Shown one piece after another: positions 1-12,843 of a stretch of DNA of 64,000 nucleotides. The stretch comes from Psammoneis japonica. Lineage: Eukaryota. The notes beneath the pieces were generated by a model that was not told the origin of the DNA, did no database searches, and saw only the letters and a list, made by a program, of their open reading frames with translations. How positions within the stretch are numbered: the stretch's first letter is position 1; every line of letters begins with the position of its first letter. Location: NCBI GenBank assembly GCA_008632985.1, contig QPGO01000015.1, forward strand, positions 187,998-251,997, given 5' to 3'. Both the position numbers and the translations under genes were made by a program.

Positions 1-2790
1 CAAGATCGGCACACGGAGCGAAGCCAAGTTCACACAGTCCTGTAGGAGCCGATGCCCCTCTGGCGCCTGACTTCGGTTCGGGTGTCTTGCAGCAGTACAT
101 GTAGTTGTTCAGAAAGGCATCGCTATCTTTGACGGAAACAAACAACCCGCGTGTCCTTGCAGACATTGCACTAGCTTTCGGTGAGTGAGTCGAAAGACGC
201 TTCAGCATGCTTTTCGCTGCGAGATCGAACCTCGTTGCCAGGCTTGATCCACCAGGCTCTGATTTTCCTGCGGAGAAGTGCTTCTTCAGATCCGGCAAAT
301 GAAAACTCGACGCAAAGCTTGGTGCACCAGGTTCTGATGAGATTGCTGTCGCGTTGCGTACCTCGTGCTTGCCGCCAACAATAGTGTGGTCAGAAGAGCC
401 CTTTGGTACGTCGCTCAGTGAAGGGAGGGACATGACTCGGCGTAGACTTCTCCGTCTGTCATTTTTTACCAACTGTTTGTGTGGATCTGCATTGCCAACC
501 GCAGCTGCATCCGAGGTGTAGCTTTCTGCTGTGAAGGCGGGCGCCGCCAAGAATTCACAGGGATTGTATGGCGGGGTCTGCATACATTCGTTCACTTCTT
601 TGCTTCCACTGTCGAAAGATGATGCAACAAAAAGATCGTTGGAGGGGTCCTGATTTTCTGGCTCTGTAAAACGTGGACGGCCATAACATGAATCTTTCTG
701 TGCTGAAGCGCAGCCATTGGATGACATGTTTACATTCGAGGACAAATCGTGGTCGCCCCCTCCCTTTATGAAAACGCCTTCGTGCTGCGCTTCCTCATCA
801 CACGCCTTAGGAATCCTCCGCAATGATCCAGTGATGTCTCCCTCACTCGATAATCCTTGAGATTCTTCCTCTTTGCAAGTTCTAGAGCTGGGGGTCATTC
901 CGCCAGTGACATTTGCGGGGCAAACACCTACATCGTCTTGGGTTCCAACCTCAAAGTCTGAAGTCTCGACAAGATCAGATAAGCCATTCCGTAAAGGTCG
1001 CATGGGCAGGGCAAATGAAGAGGATCCACTGGGTGCAGAAAGGTCCAACAAAGCAATTTTTCTGTCTCCATTTTGGAAAGGAGTATCTTCATGCATAATC
1101 TCCCCATCAGACGAACAGCGTCGGCGCTTTCCTTTTATGCCTTTCAATCGAATTGGTGTCATAAATTCTGTAGTCAAGCCGATTGGTGGGTGTCTTTCTA
1201 CGTCTTCGCACTCTTCTGATGCTCCAGCTAGCTCGGAATCAAGCTGACGGCTTGTTGCCCCGTGCCCAAGACAGGATGATGATGTAGATGATGCAGTAGA
1301 AACGGTCCTGTTATCCATGATGTCAAAGGGAGGTCGAGGTAACTGAGCTTTCTCTTCTCGCATCTGGCTTTCTCCCTCGATATTCGGGATGTGCAATCCG
1401 GACGGAATCCGGATTGGACCACGAGTACGCGGCGGTCCCGAAACTATTTGTTGGGCAAGCACCTTGCCTACGCCTCCCGAATCAAACAGAGAGTACTTGC
1501 TACTTTCGCCATTTAAATTTTCGTGTGATGGCAACTCATTGACAACATCTCTGTCATCATAATCAGCTTCGCCGGAATCGATGAGAGAGTTGGGGGAAAA
1601 CTCAGAATCTTCTTTGAATATTGATCTCTTGGGCGTTAATATCGACATTCTCCTCGATGCTTCTGTGCGAGGGGATAGATATTCCCGTGGGTTTGTATTG
1701 CTGTGACTTCCAATAGTCGTCGCAACCTTTTTTGGGGCGTCTTCATCACGGTCAACCCCCCAAAGCTTCAGCTTCCTCAAGAACGCAATTGACTGCCCCA
1801 TACTGTGTGCAGCGCTAGACGTGTCAGACCCATCCGTGTGCTGAGGACGTTTCCGCCGGTGTGGAAGGAGAGTTTGTTGATCAACGCCGCGCTGAGCCAT
1901 ATGTGATCTTAAGTTTTTGTGGAGAGCTTCCAAGCGAGGGATAACCTCGTTCACATCCCGAAGCGCCACAACCTTAAGTTTCGGCGCTGAGCGAAATGAT
2001 CTCGTTTTTGCCATTAACGATGGCTGCACCAAAGATCCTTCCGTACGATTTCGTTTCAACTTAAGTCTTGGGGGATTCAGAAGCTGATTTGATGTGTCAA
2101 TGTTCGGAGTATCGTCGGCAAAAGTGGACGGTTTCCCAACAAAGAACTTCTCGCCGGCGTCTGCAGCCTTTTCGGCCTCCATGGCAACTTCAAACATTTC
2201 CATTTGCCGAATTTCCGATCGAATCTTCAACCCAGCCTGCTCTAACGCTTCGTCTGAATCAATAGTATCTGCGCTACTTTGGCTTCCTGTTTCGCTGGTT
2301 CGTCTTTTGCTAGCGTCTATCCAGATTGAAGCTTGTGATATCCGTGTTGGACTGCGACAAGGTGTGTAACTGTGCTGGGAAAACGGATTATACGGTGAAG
2401 ATCTGGATGAGTGGGCCTCGGAAAATGATTTGGCTCTGGGTTTTCGAGTCGATGGTTGTGGGGATTGATCATTATGAAGTCGTTCCGTTGGATGCAGTTT
2501 GTCGGCTTTTCCGTCCCGATAACTTGACTCCGCCGTAGTCGCTGTTGCCGAGGACGATCTGCGGCCGTCCCAACATGGTTTCGCTACGCTCTCAGAAAAA
2601 TTACTATGATCCTTCATGAGAGTATCAGAGGTCGAGAAAGAACTCGTTGACTCGTTGTGCATCACGATAACATTCACACTTGTTGTCGGTGGCGTTGACG
2701 GAGCCATAGTTCGGCCATTCGACATCGGATCCAAGTCAGGCGAGCTCAAGCAGGAGATATCTAGAGGAAGTCTGCTTAAAGATGAATCTA
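1..2790 (-). CDS. Large Ser-rich hypothetical protein, 3' end runs off the window
   Basis: The minus-strand frame was open in every segment I translated between ~2790 and 1 (e.g. RSEIRQMEMFEVAMEAEKAA). It is probably absent from the ORF track because no stop lies in the window. The 5' exon structure is uncertain. Confidence 0.65.
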
Positions 2791-3236
2791 CGAACGTCAA
2801 CAGCTTGTATCATGAGCAAGGGCTGCGTGGTTGTAGCATACTAAAGGAGGATATACCTAATACATATGATGGACCCTATCGTCAACAAATAATTCGTTTG
2901 TTCTCGCTGTCGCCCATCCGTTCCCCGCCGTGCCCACGTGCTTGCTCCTCGCGGTCTCTTGGCATGTCGTGCGAAAAGTTTTATATAATTATTCAGAATC
3001 GTAGACATATTTGTGAAATCTGGCGAACCAACGGAATTCGATATAACAGATAGTCTTTAATCCGTTAAGCGTTAGCTAAGCAAAACCGTTATCACTATCA
3101 TGGTTGATGATGAACTCATGCCAATACTGAGCAACATTCAAATTTCCCGCCAGAAAATTCAGTCGGAGTTCAAGTTCGTTTGGGCGCGCCAAGGAGAGCC
3201 TCCTCTCTGGTCCTAGAGCATTTTCCCTCTTCTGAT

Positions 3237-4343
3237 TCATGTACCATCAAAAGGAAGAATAATGTTGGAAAGAAACTCGTAAAGCTCATCTCCGTAGCAC
3301 TGCCAGAGATATGATACGACGACCACAACGAAAACACAAATCATCCATGTTGATGCGTTTTCCGCTCCCATTTGTTGATCCAATTCATCGTCTGGAAGTG
3401 CCAGACTTCTTCTCAATTGCAAGGATTTTCGCATTGCAGTGCCATCTCGGGTATCACCCATATTGTTCTGAATGCGCCAGTAGGTGTGAGCTCGCAGTGC
3501 GAAGCTCGCCAAGTTTCCATTTCCGTTCCACTCGGCACAGGAACGCGACTGAAAGATTCCCTGCGCTGCGTCTGTTTCGGCTTGTTGTTCTAGGCCCAAC
3601 AAGTCTTCCGGATGACAAGATATTATACCAATGGAACTCTTCGATCCCTTACGCTTTCTTCTATCTCGCGACCCGAAGGACACCGCTTGCATGCAGCATT
3701 CCAAGCCAGGAGCTGCCCGAGGGTCATCACTTAACGCGACTGTAACACCCAAAAGCAAACCTCGTAATTCCTCACTAACCGCTACATTCCTTGCAAGCTG
3801 TTCCGCTTCCTTTATGTTAACCTCATAGTGTCGAAGGCGATTCATCTCGTCGGGGTCCTTCTTCTCGAAGGGAACCACCATTTCAACAACAAGGTAAAGT
3901 CGTGTCTTATTGGTCTCTTTCGTATCACCCGCCTTTTGTTTCAAGGCCGAAGGCGTCGTCTCAGATTCAGAATTTGTTTCAACTAGATTCTCTAGTCGCT
4001 TAACAGTATGTTTGACGGGCCCCTCAATGAAGGAGTTCACGCTTGAAAACTCACCCGGTCTCATCAGTAAATAGAGTAAGAGGAAAGGAGGGAAGGTACT
4101 TGAAGGTTCGTAAGACTCAGATGATGCCACCGTATCATTCGTTTTGTCGCAGTCGTCAATATCTGAAAGAAACTGCGTTGCATATCCATGTTGTTCTATT
4201 TCACTCAGCATATAATATCGCTCCGTGCTATACCGTGGCAACATGTGAGTGTTCAGGACGGTCACTGACAGCTGATCACCGTCTGAGGTATCTACCAATG
4301 ATTTTGGCTTTAACATGCAAGACGAAGAGCCTGATCTCCTCAT
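3237..4343 (-). CDS. Hypothetical protein with C-terminal transmembrane helix (368 aa)
   Basis: Long single ORF with a hydrophobic tail WMICVFVVVVVSYLW. Confidence 0.7.
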   Translation of the reverse strand: MRRSGSSSCMLKPKSLVDTSDGDQLSVTVLNTHMLPRYSTERYYMLSEIEQHGYATQFLSDIDDCDKTNDTVASSESYEPSSTFPPFLLLYLLMRPGEFSSVNSFIEGPVKHTVKRLENLVETNSESETTPSALKQKAGDTKETNKTRLYLVVEMVVPFEKKDPDEMNRLRHYEVNIKEAEQLARNVAVSEELRGLLLGVTVALSDDPRAAPGLECCMQAVSFGSRDRRKRKGSKSSIGIISCHPEDLLGLEQQAETDAAQGIFQSRSCAEWNGNGNLASFALRAHTYWRIQNNMGDTRDGTAMRKSLQLRRSLALPDDELDQQMGAENASTWMICVFVVVVVSYLWQCYGDELYEFLSNIILPFDGT

Positions 4344-4605
4344 TTTTGTCTTTATATTCAGTACGGCTTTATGACAAGGTCAGAGAAACGAGCCCAGGTT
4401 AACTTGGGCAACACACTACAGAGGCAATCTCATGCATGAAGAATCATCGTGTCATACTACTTCTACAAGTACAGTAAGAAACGAGAAACGCGCGGTTTTA
4501 GGTTCACCGCACGTCCGATTTTCAATTTTTTGATGACGTCATGGAAGAATTAGGTTTTGAGTTGCGGAGCTTCCCGCCAATTCCGCGCTCATCACTCCCG
4601 TCTAT

Positions 4606-7600
4606 CCCCGTGAAGATTTTCGTCTGTTTTTTGTCCGTTCGTGCCCACAGGGGCACGAAAGGAGGCTACGTAGGACTGTACCAGCAAATCCTGTAGATGC
4701 ACGTTTCCATGCCAACAAGATTCATGAACCTCTCAAACGAAAAGAGACAATGGCGTCGTTCTGGATCAACGCCGTAGTTGCTACGTCTGAAACCGCAGCG
4801 CGCCGCTTTTCTGCTCGTAGACTTGTACGCTGTCCTGGTACAAAGGTCATTGCATGCATAGAGTCTACGATGAGGTCACACTGAAGGAAGAATTCTCGAA
4901 TTTGAATTCTCAGCAATCAACCGAGTTTGTTTACTTTCTATTTTTTTATGCTGCCAACCAAGTCTTACAATCACACATCCCTGATTCTACCTGCATAAGA
5001 CGACACTGAGATTTCAGTCCATACATAAGTTCACTTGCACCAATGGATGAATCGGCGTTGTGCTCGGTGACGACGTCCGAATCAGATTGGGTGGAGTATT
5101 TCAATCCAACAGAGGACTTGAATTTTTGCGACGAGGATCTCCACTTGATTGAGGACAGCTTGATGGATGAGCATGATAGAACCGAGCAGTCAAAGGACCG
5201 TCCAAAATGGAAAGTGGACAATGATGGGAAAGATGTTAAGATTGCCTTTAGCCAAGCTCCCCAAAAGGTGTGGGAGACGGCCAAAGCCGAGATTACAGAG
5301 TGTCAAGGTTATTCAGAATGGTTCCAAGGACGCAAGCATGCATTGACCTCCTCTGGTTCTGATGCTCAAGTTTCAGTTCACCTTAGATTGGACAAAGCGC
5401 GAGAGCAGAGGCAGTCGCATTGGGTGTGCCTTGAGAAGCATCTCGACACGGCATCTGGTGTCGAAGATTTGGTGTGTCAAAATGATGACGATGATACGGC
5501 ACCGGCTCAGAATGACAATAATGATGCCACTGCACAATCCAATCCAATGACTGTTGGTGAAGGGAATGCTGCTGGCTCAGAGGACACCGATGATGATGAC
5601 ATTGTAGATTGGGCTGAGTTGGAAAAACACTTAGATTCAGACATGGAAGAGGAGGAGCGGATTTCTGTTATCGAGAGTCGCCGTTGGGAAGCAAAGGAGG
5701 CGTTGAAGAAAGCAAAGGAAATTCTTAGTGATGCAGTTGACTCCACCAAACGAAATGAGGTGTTGCGAGCCAAACTAATGTCGGAGTTGAAAGCTGGCGA
5801 GCACAAGGATCTCCTGAAGGCGTTCGTCAAACAAATGGGGTGGAAGGTTTGTAAGACGCACAAGGCAAACCTGAAAAACGCAGTTACGTGGCTAGAGTGT
5901 ACCCCCGCCTCTCGACCCTACATCGTGCTGAACAAGGAGCAACTGAAGGTAAGCATGTGTAATTGCTGCTACTGACATTATTTTACTATAGATCTAACCG
6001 AGTCGCTCCGAACCATTATTTGCTGACAAAGGCAAAATACCGAGAATGTATTAACAGCACGATACCGTCGAGTGTGACAAAAAACGATGACTTCATAGCG
6101 ATTCTGAGCGGTGAAGTCTCCGCACCAGTTGCAAGAGATGGCGATAGTGAGCCAAAAACGCCACTGGAAGCAATGGTGAAAACCACTTTTCTTCCACCAC
6201 TCAAAGGTGAGGCGGCGGAGCTCTGTAGATTGGGACATGAGATGGAAGAACAGTGCGGAAAAGATTTTCTTGGTGTTGCAAGCGGCGAAGGAGTGCGACT
6301 CGAAAACAGATCCGTATTTGTTGCAAACAATCTCTTCAGAGCCGGCCTGCTACAGAAGCAAAATCGCCCTTATCAAAAGGACAGTCCAGACTTCCTCTGC
6401 ACTGGAACAATAGACGATAAGCGAATCGTAGCGGTTGTCGAGATGAAGGCGCGTTGCAAATCTACTACCGCCGCCAAGGAGCGTCAGCGCATCTCCGAAG
6501 TTGGTGAATTTTCGTTTGTATCATGTGATTCGCCTGAGTTACGCAAGTTCATACTTAAACGTTCAGAGGCAGTTCAGGTGAGCTGATGCACGGAATAACT
6601 ATTTGATACTGTCGTTGTAACGGTAACTCACCTCAGTCTCCACGACTTCCTCGCTACAGTGCGCTCATCATGCAAGCACCCTTGGAGTCAACCACGTCAT
6701 TCTTGCCACTGGAGACAGAGTAGGCCTTACAGCAATGGTGGTTATTGAGTGCTCCGACGAGTTCCTTGAAAACTACGAAAAGTGCATCAACGACATGTAC
6801 GAGTCGGCATTGAAGTGGGCGTACGAGGAGGGCGTCGACATTCCAACCGAAGAGCTCAAGGCTGCTGTGAAAACTGCACGAGTAAAGGTGGACTATGAGT
6901 CATTTATGAAATCAATTTACTTTTGGAAAGAACTGACGAAGCCTCAGTACTTACCACTCCCACCGTGCGAGAGGATCATTCCCATGCAGGATGCGTACTG
7001 GAACAACACCAAGCATGGGTCGGACGTCAAAACCCAGTACTGCCAAAACCTATCAGCCCCAATTCCTGTCACATCTGCCGGAGCTAAGGCATACGACCGC
7101 ATGCAAATGACAGCACTATCCGACATCCACAAAGGCGCTACCATGTTTATTACCAAGGAAGATCTCAACCAGTGCAATTCCCTTCACGACTTCAGAGACG
7201 ATGCAAAGCACAAGATGAGCTTCAGAAAAGCACTCCTTCGATTGTCTAAGTTTTTCAAGAAGCTGAGCCAGCAAAATCTCCAAAGTGGAATTGGTTCTCC
7301 TTCGTCTTTTACAGGGATCGTTACACCATCACCAGCAACTCCAGTACAGCCGCCGAGGTGGATGCGCGGTGAAATTCAAAAGGAACCAACCAATTTTGTA
7401 GCAAAAGGAACTGGAAAGTCTCCCAAGCGCTCTCACCTAGAAGCTCTACTGAAACCAAAGGACAGTTCTGAAGAGGTCCCTTCCAAGCGATTCAAGAGTT
7501 GTCGGGGTGTACCTGTGTTCAGAGCAAATGAAAACAATGGAAGTAAGAAAGGGAGTGGAGCTTTGGCGCGATGTATCATGTGCGACTCCAAGACACATTG

Positions 7601-8010
7601 GTATTGCTCTGGCTGTCGTCAATGGTATTGTTGCGATAGTCCCGTCCGCAAAGCGCTGGAGTCCCATACTTTCAAGATTCGTCAACGTACCGTGATGGGA
7701 AAAACAGGGATCGACCAATCGCCGGCGTGTACACATGCTTATGCACTGTCACCCATCCATTGTGAACCAGGGATAGTAATATGTATTTGTATTTAGTGAA
7801 TATATCATCTTTTTGACCACCGGCGTAATTGTAGTACTTTGGAATATCATTTGTTGACAAGACGAGCGTTGTGTTGATGCTTTATCAATGAGAGCCGGTG
7901 TTTGTTTTGCACGTACAACTCGGTATGAAACCTACAGGGGCGTCGTTCGTGCCCACAGGAGCACGAACTTTTGCGTTCGTGCCCACACGCGCACGAAACT
8001 ATCACGCGGG
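4606..8010 (+). mobile_element. piggyBac-like DNA transposon with YqaJ-type nuclease domain
   Basis: CTAT|CCCCGTGA at the left end and TCACGCGGG|CTAT at the right (candidate 4-bp TSD, imperfect TIRs). Shared subterminal hairpin TTCGTGCCCACA..GCACGAA at both ends. Internal transposase-like ORFs. Confidence 0.6.
5043..7796 (+). CDS. Spliced, possibly disrupted transposase: PD-(D/E)XK YqaJ-like domain, piggyBac-like third-Asp motif and Cys-rich tail
   Basis: GHEME...SPDF...VEMK...VQ|CAHH, with intron 6578-6659 joining the ORFs in frame. WNNTKHGSDVKTQY resembles piggyBac YNxxKGGVDxxDQ, followed by CIMC..WYCSGC..WYC. The first junction (~5949-5991) does not splice in frame. Confidence 0.55.
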
Positions 8011-8099
8011 CTATCATCATCATCACTCATCCCTTCTATTCTGCCTGATTATTCTTCCGTTGCCTTCGGATTCCTGTGCCGCCAGATACTGAAATACCG

Positions 8100-10157
8100 A
8101 TGAAACAGTCGGAAGCCTCTGACTTGGAAATGAAAAGTGACAACGGCGATTCAGAATTGGGCGCCATTCCCTCATCTGCGGAAGATGAACCTCTGATAAG
8201 TCCGACCAGTGAAGATGAGGCTCTCAGTGATGTTTCCGCTCATTCAGCGGAGCTTTGGCAGGAAATGGAACGGCCGTGGCCTGCAACCTTTGAGCGTTCA
8301 ATATCGCTGTTAGCAAGTCCGATTATAAATGCCTCGAATGTTGACCATTTCACGCGGAGCCCAAAGCCTGGGGCAACACCAATAGGAGTAGCACATGCCA
8401 GGGTGAGAGAATCAAACGCCCCGTTGCAATCTTGCTTTTTTTCTTTTCGCGTACTCATGTACAACTCTTTCCTAGAAGCACCTTCGAGATCTCCAAAGAG
8501 GTTATGGCACACCAGAAACGAGCAAAGTCGTTCTTGCACCACCACGAAACAGCAGTTTTGACATGGGAGTTGCGCGGGTGAAGAGTTTGGATTTTCACTC
8601 GCAGTTTTCGCACACGAAACCTTCTATTGCGTCAGACACGGTGCGGAAACAGGAGCATAGAGCAACTCAAGCAAAGGCCTATCGTGAGAATCTGTTAAAG
8701 CAACAGCCTCAGACACACGCAGACATTATGTCCCCGGGATACCAGCGCGAGAAAATGACTGCTGAAATGGTAAAAGAGCAGCAGAAACAAGCAAGCATAG
8801 AAGCGAAAGCGACTTTCTCCCAAAGCTTGTTTAACATGGCCAACATTCTCATGGTGAGATTATTCTTCACACGTTTCGCAGATATTCTTTTGAGTTTGCG
8901 GCTCATTTTGCAACTTGTTTTGTTCAGGGCGTTGGGATTCTCGGGCTGCCTTATGTATTCAAGGCAAGTGGTTGGCTGGGAGGATTTTTCGTCACGTTCT
9001 TCTTTGCCTTTATAACATGGAGGACGTCCATTTTGATTGGACGGGAATTGAATGGCGACCCTCGTCCCTCTAGCTTCTTCGATGACTCGCCCTTCAAAAG
9101 CCCGTTGATTCCAGGATCTGATCCTCAGGCGCGAATGCGATGGCCGCTCAAATCCTTCCCCGACATTGCTCGTGAAGCTTTTGGAGAAGCTGGGTGTTTC
9201 ATTCTATCGTTGCTCCTCTATTTTGAGCTATTTTCCTGTCTGTCCATCTTCTTTGTATCCCTCGGCGATCATTTGCATTCCTTATTCCCCAGTGTGTCCG
9301 TGACGCAGCATATGGTCACCGTTGCGGCTTTTCTTACCATTCCTACCGCCCTTCTTCGAACTCCACGGCTACTTTCCTATCTTTCAATGGTCGGAACGTT
9401 TGCGACAGTTGCTGTAGTGCTGTCGGTTTTCTTCTCGGCACTGACTCAAGGCGACATGACGGAGCGGTTGGCAGAAAGCCGAGGTGTCCAAGAAAAGGGC
9501 CCCTACCGTGATATTTGGAAAACATCAGGCTTGCCTCTTGCTCTTGGACTAATTGCTTATGCGTTTTCTGGACACGCAATTGTCCCATCAATCTACACTT
9601 CCATGCAGCGGCCCCAGGACTACGAGAGAATGATTGGCGTGACGTTTGTTATTGTTGTCGCTTGCAGTTTGCTCGTAGCATGCAGTGGGTACTACATATT
9701 TGGCTCGTTTGTCGACGACCAAGTAACTATTTCTCTTGCCAAGGTCTCGCTTGGTGGTGGGGCAGACACTGCCATGACAATGCTTACATGGCTGATGGTT
9801 TTGACAGCATTCTCAAAGTTTACTTTGACTATGTTCCCTCTGGCGCTCGGATGCGAGGAAATCGTTGCGCCGTATTTGGGAAGCGACAAAGTGATGGATG
9901 TGGCTGCATCTATTATCAAGCTTCTTCTGATAGTCCTTTCACTTGCAGTGGCAATTTTTGTGCCGTCTTTCAGTTTTCTTTGCTCTCTTGTCGGAATGAT
10001 ATGCACGATGGCAGTGAGCGTTATATTCCCAGCGGCGGCCCACTTAAAACTGTTTGGGAACAAACTCTCTCTTGGCGTTAGGATGTTAGACTGGGCTTTT
10101 GTTATTTTTGGTAGTGTCATGGCAGTAATTGGAACAATTGCAACAGTCAACGTTTGA
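8100..10157 (+). CDS. Amino-acid transporter (Aa_trans/AVT1-like), introns near 8403-8475 and 8854-8927
   Basis: TFSQSLFNMANILM|GVG.LGLPY and GLIAYAFSGHAIVPSIY motifs; many TM helices. Confidence 0.9.
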
Positions 10158-10430
10158 GTTCAACCAGAGTCTTGCATGCCTCCTCTCTTATCCGCAATCT
10201 TAACATAGATGTCATAAAAGGTTCACTACTATGGTTGACATTTGAGTTCCGGCAGACGCTTAGCCTTTTGTAAGCCTCCTCTCTTATCGGCAGTAGCAAC
10301 ATAGATACCAAAGAAGGTTCACCACTATGGTCAGCGTTTGAGTTCTAGTAGACTCTTAGCCTTTAGCATGCCTCCTCTCTATCCGCAATTTTAACATAGA
10401 TGCAATCAAATTTGCACTACTTTGGTAAAG
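10146..10430 (+). repeat. About three diverged tandem copies of a ~92-bp unit spanning the stop codon and 3' UTR
   Basis: The blocks TTTGAGTTC...GCCTCCTCTCT.ATC.GCA...AACATAGAT...CAC.ACT.TGGT recur in order. Confidence 0.85.
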
Positions 10431-11112
10431 CTACCGGCAGTAAAAAGAGAGATGCACGAGATACTCGAAGCTCCACAAACGGTACCCCTTAGGTGCGCTT
10501 CCGATGCCATATCGTAATCTTTTCCGCTGTTCAGGCTACAGCTCCGCGACAACAGCCACTGTCGCAACCCAGTTTCAATTTTCAATGCTCACACTCTCAT
10601 TATTTGCCCTGTCATCCCAGCTTCTGCTTTGGGAGAAGGCACCGAGATTGCTGGTAGAGATGCGAATAGCGAACATCGCCAACGCTAGCTAACTCAGGCC
10701 TGCAGCGCAGGCAGGACCTGCCTACCGGTACCCTACCTGCCTATCCTTGCCTACTCTAGAGCTACCGGTAGCTGCTACCCTCTAGCTAGAGAGTAGAGAG
10801 TAGGGAGAGCCTGCCTTTGCTTTGCAAAGCTTTGATTGATTTGCTCGCTTAGCTTGGTCCTCGAATAGTCTGTAGTGCGCTCGGCTAACCCTGATACGAC
10901 GAAGCCAAAGCACATCCAACGCATTTATCAACAAGGCACAAAGCGAAACGCACTGATCGCTGTAACCTCTGTTCTCTGTTGCGCAACAGGAAAATCTTAG
11001 CTGGTGAATCTATCGTTATTGTTGCGGTATATACTAAGGCTGTGAGCATCTGACCCTTTGTACTAAGCAAATAATATTTTGCACGTTCGCAAGACGACGA
11101 CTCCACGACAGT

Positions 11113-12011
11113 ATGAGCACACGCAGAGATTGGTTTGCAATCACCGCATCCTTCCTTTCAGGTGTGGCCTTGTCGACCGTTCTGAGAGAATGGGGAAAGC
11201 GACGCGGCGTTAGTAGAGAAAATGGTATGTTTTCGAAACAAACGTTGATATCTTATTCAATTTTGCTGTTGATACTGACTCATCATTCTGAATTCCGTTC
11301 ATGACACTGCTCTTGCCCCATTTTCAGCTGGTGCCACAGCTGAAGGCAATGATTTGTCTCTGTTTTATGGTGTTGAGAAAGATTTGACTACTATCTCGCC
11401 GGAAAACAAAATACTGCCGTCCGACTTCTACGGAAAGATGGTTCGTAGCTGCGTTGTGTGCTGTGTGGATTGTCTCTTGGTGAGGTACAACACAACTTTG
11501 CGTAGGAAGGAATGCTTGTTGGTAAAGCGTGGCTCTGAACCAGTCAAGGGTGTGTGGTGGCTTCCGGGTGGTCGCATGTTCAAAGGAGAGACTTTTTTTG
11601 CTGCTGCTGAAAGAAAAGCAAAGCAGGAGACGGGTTTGTCTGAAGTCAGGCCGATTCAAGTGTTGGGAGTTTGGAAGTAGGTCACCCCATTCATTTATTG
11701 TTGCTGCCCCTCACGTTCGTGATGTTACTCTTTATTTTATTGACTGTGTGTTTACCACTATTTTCTGTAGTACATTATTTCCGACGTCAAGTTGGGACAC
11801 GGCCAGTGAGAATGGAACGCAGACTGTGAACCCTATTGTACTTGTCGAAGTTGACCAACCAAACGCCGACGTTGTTCTAGACGACACTAGTGAGCAGTAC
11901 ACTTGGATTGGGCTGGATCCTGATGAAGCAGAAGCTGCAGGCAGAGATAAGTATGTCATCGGCGCTCTCAAACGTCTCAAAGCATGGAATCCTGGATACA
12001 ATTCAAAATGA
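11113..12011 (+). CDS. NUDIX hydrolase (GDP-mannose mannosyl hydrolase-like), 3 exons
   Basis: KRGSEPVKGVWWLPGGRMFKGETFFAAAERKAKQETGL Nudix box; introns ~11225-11327 and ~11678-11770. Confidence 0.85.
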
Positions 12012-12246
12012 AGCGCCATCGACATATACGCATGATCTTCCTTTTTCGGTGGGAGCCGCATCTTATGGTGCAGTGTAGCAAGTCCACCTTGTGTTAGGCA
12101 TTCTGCTTCTAATGGCACCATAAGGATTTTCTTTTAAATAGCTTTCATCTTCTCTAGAGCCTAACGATGCATAAGTCGTCTTCTCTAGTGCTTTCCTGCA
12201 CTCAGAGACTGTATCCAAAGTACAGCACCTTGCTTCACAAAAAGGT

Positions 12247-12843
12247 TCAAGACACCCTGTAGATACGCATCTCGTCTCTAGAATAAACAACGCTGGCGTG
12301 TAGCAAATCTCTTTGAGAAGATGTAGCCAGCGGAAGCTGGAAGCGATACGACAATATATGTGTGCCTGGTTTGCATTCGCGTGCCATCTTCCGACTGATT
12401 TGCTTCATGAGTGGCTTGACACCAAACACCATCACCGTGTCGGCATCGTTGATAGGATAATCAAACATGTCTCCCCACACAAGTTGAGTCCGCTGCCTCT
12501 CATTAGATGATAGCACGAAGCGTCGCCGTATCTTGCCAACAGCAAACATTGAAAAGTTCAGTTCGACTCCGACAATTCGTCCGAATCCCAGTTGCGCCGC
12601 CTGAAGACAGGCTTCTCCGTCGCCGCTCCCTAGATCCACGAACTTCCCTCGAGTTGATAGATGCTTGAGGGCTTTGCGTATTTTCGATCGAGGCGTTGCC
12701 ATATACGGTAATGGGGATTTTGTAAAGACAAACGGAGCCGTAAGAGCCAACGTTCCAACGAAAACTGTTCCAGTCAACAAACCGGCGAGCGTTTTTGGTT
12801 TCCAATCTGAATCATCAGCACTTTGGTATCTAGTACTTGTCAT
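12247..12843 (-). CDS. FAM173/ATPSCKMT-like SAM-dependent protein lysine methyltransferase
   Basis: N-terminal TM segment, PYMATP, FVDLGSGDG motif I, GVELN and SYRF motifs. Confidence 0.8.
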   Translation of the reverse strand: MTSTRYQSADDSDWKPKTLAGLLTGTVFVGTLALTAPFVFTKSPLPYMATPRSKIRKALKHLSTRGKFVDLGSGDGEACLQAAQLGFGRIVGVELNFSMFAVGKIRRRFVLSSNERQRTQLVWGDMFDYPINDADTVMVFGVKPLMKQISRKMARECKPGTHILSYRFQLPLATSSQRDLLHASVVYSRDEMRIYRVS

